Source: Mytilus californianus
Lineage: Eukaryota
NCBI RefSeq assembly: GCF_021869535.1
Contig: NW_026262581.1
Span: 2,852,001-2,916,000 of the forward strand
DNA length: 64,000 bases
Reading direction: 5' to 3'
Position numbers and translations under genes: made by a program. The notes beneath the pieces were generated by a model, which did no database searches, was not told the DNA's origin, and saw only the letters and a list, made by a program, of their open reading frames with translations. Below, in pieces: positions 61,101 through 64,000 of this stretch; within the stretch, counting starts at the first letter, position 1, and each line of letters begins with the position of its first letter.

Positions 61101-63925
61101 TAAAAAATGCTCTAGAAAAGTTGATTGGTTTTTACAGTGCAAAAAAATGATATCTGAAAATTTTTTAAAATAAAATAACTAAAGAAGTAATTTTTATAAT
61201 TCTTGTTAAATGGATGGCAGAATGGGGAAAAATCATTAAAATAAACAATTTTTTTTAGGAAATTGTTCACAGGTAATAGAAAAAATGCCAAGATTATCCT
61301 GAAAAATTTTGCATTGAAAGGCAAAGAAATAATCAGTACTTATCATGACAATATATTGTATCATTGCTTCAAATGGGAAGTCATCCATGAAGATTTTGTT
61401 CTGTATAATTTATACATTGAGTAATTTACAATCAATAATTCCACAAGAGGATGTCTGATTTATATAGATTAACATTGAATGCTGTATATATTTTGTTTTT
61501 TACAGGAGAATATGATTCTATAGAAGAAGAATATAATTATGGATTAGCTGAAAATATCATTAAGGAAATGACCAAACAGAAAACACACGTCAGAGCTAAA
61601 GTATCTAGTAGAGACAGTTTAAGAATTTTGTCTCTTGGTAGAAAAGTAAGAAAAGTTACTACTTACTATTAAAAATTATAAGACTTTCTTTATTTGTTAA
61701 TCTATAGATATTGTTTTTCCCACAGTGTCAAGTATGAAATAAACTAATCTAATGATACAATCAATCTTACATCTATTGAAAGCTATCTGCCTTTAAGTAT
61801 GAAATAAACTAATCTAATGATACAATCAATCTTACATCTATTGAAAGCTATCTGCCTTTAATTCTTCAGGGGGGCAGTCCACTATTTAGCTAGACAAATT
61901 TTTACAGTGGTTGAAAGTAAAGCTAAAATAATCCATAGACGCTTGAAATTTACATGAGACCAATTCATTAACCATCTTATTGTCCATACATCTCTAAATT
62001 TGCAAAGAAGGATAAAAAATGAAGTAGAGACTGCTTAAGAACCTAGATATCTTGTGAAAAATTGGGGACTCATCAAATTAGTATGCAGGAAATTTTGAAG
62101 TTGCACTATAGTTATAGTGTGGTCATGTTTTGGCGGCAATATTAATATTTGAAGCTGAATTATTTTTCTTATTTTAGTAATGAATCAATAGAAAACTTTT
62201 TATTGTAAATTACTTAATGTTCATACAATGATTATCAAGGCAATACTGTGAAAAATCGTTTTTATTTTTGAGAGTTTTTCTAAATTCCCATATTTAATAT
62301 TAAACTAAATGGGTGACTTATTTAGGGGTGTGCCTCCTGAATATTTATTTAGAAGATAATTTTTCTTAAGTTTTGTAACTTTAGTGTTGGAAATAAGGAA
62401 ATTATTCCGATCATGCCCTTATTGAGTAGTTTAAATTACAAACATGTAATTAATTGATTATTTCATTACTGCATATCTAAATTCCATTTCAGAATGATAA
62501 AGAAAAACAAAATATTAAAAACATACCCTCATCAAATACTGATCATCCTATCTTAAACGAGACAATAAAGGATGTTCCTGAAAGAGTGATAGAACTTCTT
62601 CAAGATATGTTAGAACAACAAGAAGCATGTTTACCTTCAGGAAAAATTCCTAAAAATAGCAAAGATTCTAAAGTTGGGACACCTGAGGAACCTGTAACTA
62701 AAAAGGAAGCAGTACAAAAAGTGACATTGAATATTTGGGACTTTGCAGGTCAAAGTGCCTATTACACAGCACATCAGGTATATTTCTATAAAAACGAACT
62801 GTTATTTTGTGGTCTTTGTGAGGTTGGTATGTTGTCAATGTCCATATACAAACACCGATATTAATTCATGATATCGACTCCTAATATGCATGAAGCATTT
62901 TCCACTGGACATTAAGCAAGCATAAGGCCTGATGTCCATCTTAGCATGAAAAGAATTTAGTATTAAGGAAGCAACAATCCATCAGTGGTAACGGTGATTG
63001 ATTTAAAAGAGGCTGGCTAATTGGAAGTCAAAAAATGTTCAACACTTTATTTTTGTAATTCTTTTATTTTTACTGATATATGATGAATTTTTAACAAAAA
63101 TACTGGTACATGTATAAAGCAAAGTAGATAAAGATAGGCATAAGATTTCTAGAAGTTACAATAGAACTTACATGGAAACCTGTCTTAATTGGTTCTTCAT
63201 TTAATACAGTATAAAGTGAAATAACAAAAATACTGAACTCCGAGGAAAAATCAAAACGGAAAGTCCCTAATCAAATGTCAAAATCAAAAGCTCAAACACA
63301 TCAAACGAATGGATAACAACTGTCATATTCCTGACTTGGTACAGGCATTTTCTTATGTAGAAAATGGTGGATTAAACCTGGTTTTATAGCTAGCTAAACC
63401 TCTCACTTGTATGACAGTCGCATAAAATTCTATTATATTGACAACGATTTGTGAACAAAACAAACGGACATAATAGGTAAAAATGTCAAAAATAGGGGTA
63501 CAGCAGTCAACATTGTGTTAAAATCTTAATCACTATAAAAACAAACAAATGTGTCAACAAAGAAAAATCAAAAAGGCATATAGACAAAGCATATTAGCAA
63601 AAACGAAAGACAAGAATACAAAAATTTACAATAGCACAATAACACAATGACAGGATGTATAAGTATACCACTGCCTTTTACAGATAATAAATGTATTTTT
63701 TTAGTATTTAAAATGACATCTACATTTAAAGGCATCAGACAGCACTCACATTGTGATGAGTGCCTTTATATTGAGATTTCACTTTATTTTAAAAGAATGA
63801 CGATTTATTGAGTTTTATTATAAACAGGTACTTTATAATATTTGTTTATTTTTATTTTACAGGTTTTCTTAACCTTCAGAGCTGTTTACATAATTGTGTT
63901 CAATCTGTGCCTTGATTTAAATGAT
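55102..63925 (+). CDS. NHR (Neuralized) domain + Roc GTPase protein (Roco family), 5' partial; join(55102..55567,56195..56357,60651..60799,61506..61645,62493..62777,63863..63925), continues beyond the window
   Basis: Exon 1 is an NHR domain (FHSTHG..V.LS...A.R...FCNGMTF...WSGAL.IGLT...LWVVVDIYGNT). P-loop RLMLVGQDRVGKTSL, switch I EEATDGID, G3 IWDFAGQ, then YYTAHQ|VFLTFRAVYIIVFNL. All junctions are GT-AG and in phase (1,2,1,0,0); 422 codons in the window. An in-frame TAG at 55087 precedes the ATG. Confidence 0.9.
57041..58028 (+). mobile_element. Helentron/HINE-like element with ~167-bp internal array (~5 units), nested in another repeat in Roco intron 2
   Basis: 5' TTTTCTCGCC...GCGAGA inverted repeat and 3' GGTGAGAAAT. 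TGTATTAG recurs at 57113, 57281, 57447 and 57615. It splits the 56715-58100 repeat at a T tract. Confidence 0.8.
58181..58852 (+). mobile_element. Hammerhead-bearing element copy C (~1.2 units of 536 bp) ending in (TA)n
   Basis: TGCTGTATTTAGACCCC at 58181 and 58717. Ends AGACTTGTT(TA)n at 58832-58852. Confidence 0.85.
58437..58478 (+). ncRNA. Minimal type I hammerhead ribozyme motif (copy C)
   Basis: CATCA-CTGAAGA-GAC ATTAATC GTC-GAAA-T CCGG A-TA/TGGTG. Stem I CAUCA:UGGUG is fully paired, the core is intact, and predicted cleavage is after A58473. Confidence 0.78.
61730..61859. repeat. 65-bp tandem duplication in a Roco intron
   Basis: AAGTATGAAATAAACTAATC...CTGCCTTT at 61730 and 61795. Confidence 0.9.
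63229..63660 (+). repeat. High-copy interspersed repeat (Mytilus-type, probably retroelement 3' region)
   Basis: AAAATACTGAACTCCGAGGAAAA..CAAAACGGAAAGTCCCTAATCAAATG... recognised from memory only; no second copy in the window. Confidence 0.45.
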
Positions 63926-64000
63926 GTAAGTAGTTCATCACAAGTAAAGTATTATTTGTTACACCCCTGTATACTGTAGAAAGAGATCTCAAGTCATTGT

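Overview
AT-rich, intron-containing animal genomic DNA. The repeat landscape looks like a bivalve, probably a Mytilus mussel; this is inferred from recognised repeat motifs, not from a search. Five protein-coding genes can be assembled from splice signals and reading frame. (1) A small secreted Tyr/Ala/Gly/Asn-rich peptide (4166-5519, +). (2) A 222-aa type I membrane protein with a degenerate uromodulin/GP2-type Cys-rich (D8C) domain (8167-13763, +). (3, 4) Two paralogous, divergently transcribed coiled-coil genes (15482-16961, -; 24501-26879, +). (5) The 5' part of a Neuralized-repeat (NHR) + Roc GTPase (Roco family) gene that runs off the right edge (55102-63925, +). The rest is mostly mobile DNA: a 3.1-kb Mutator/Foldback element with a 9-bp TSD and a SWIM transposase relic, a MULE-type MITE, Helentron/HINE-like elements with ~150-167-bp internal arrays, SINEs, and Penelope-like and LINE RT relics. 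Two non-coding systems stand out. One is a complete 464-bp TRIM (LTR-PBS-PPT-LTR, TATA TSD) whose LTRs carry a tRNA-derived Pol III promoter, a tRNA analogue of plant Cassandra elements, with a solo LTR elsewhere in the window. The other is a ~540-bp retrozyme/Penelope-like repeat carrying a minimal type I hammerhead ribozyme, present three times next to (TA)n, with one copy starting exactly at the predicted self-cleavage site. Most short ORFs in the supplied track are spurious.
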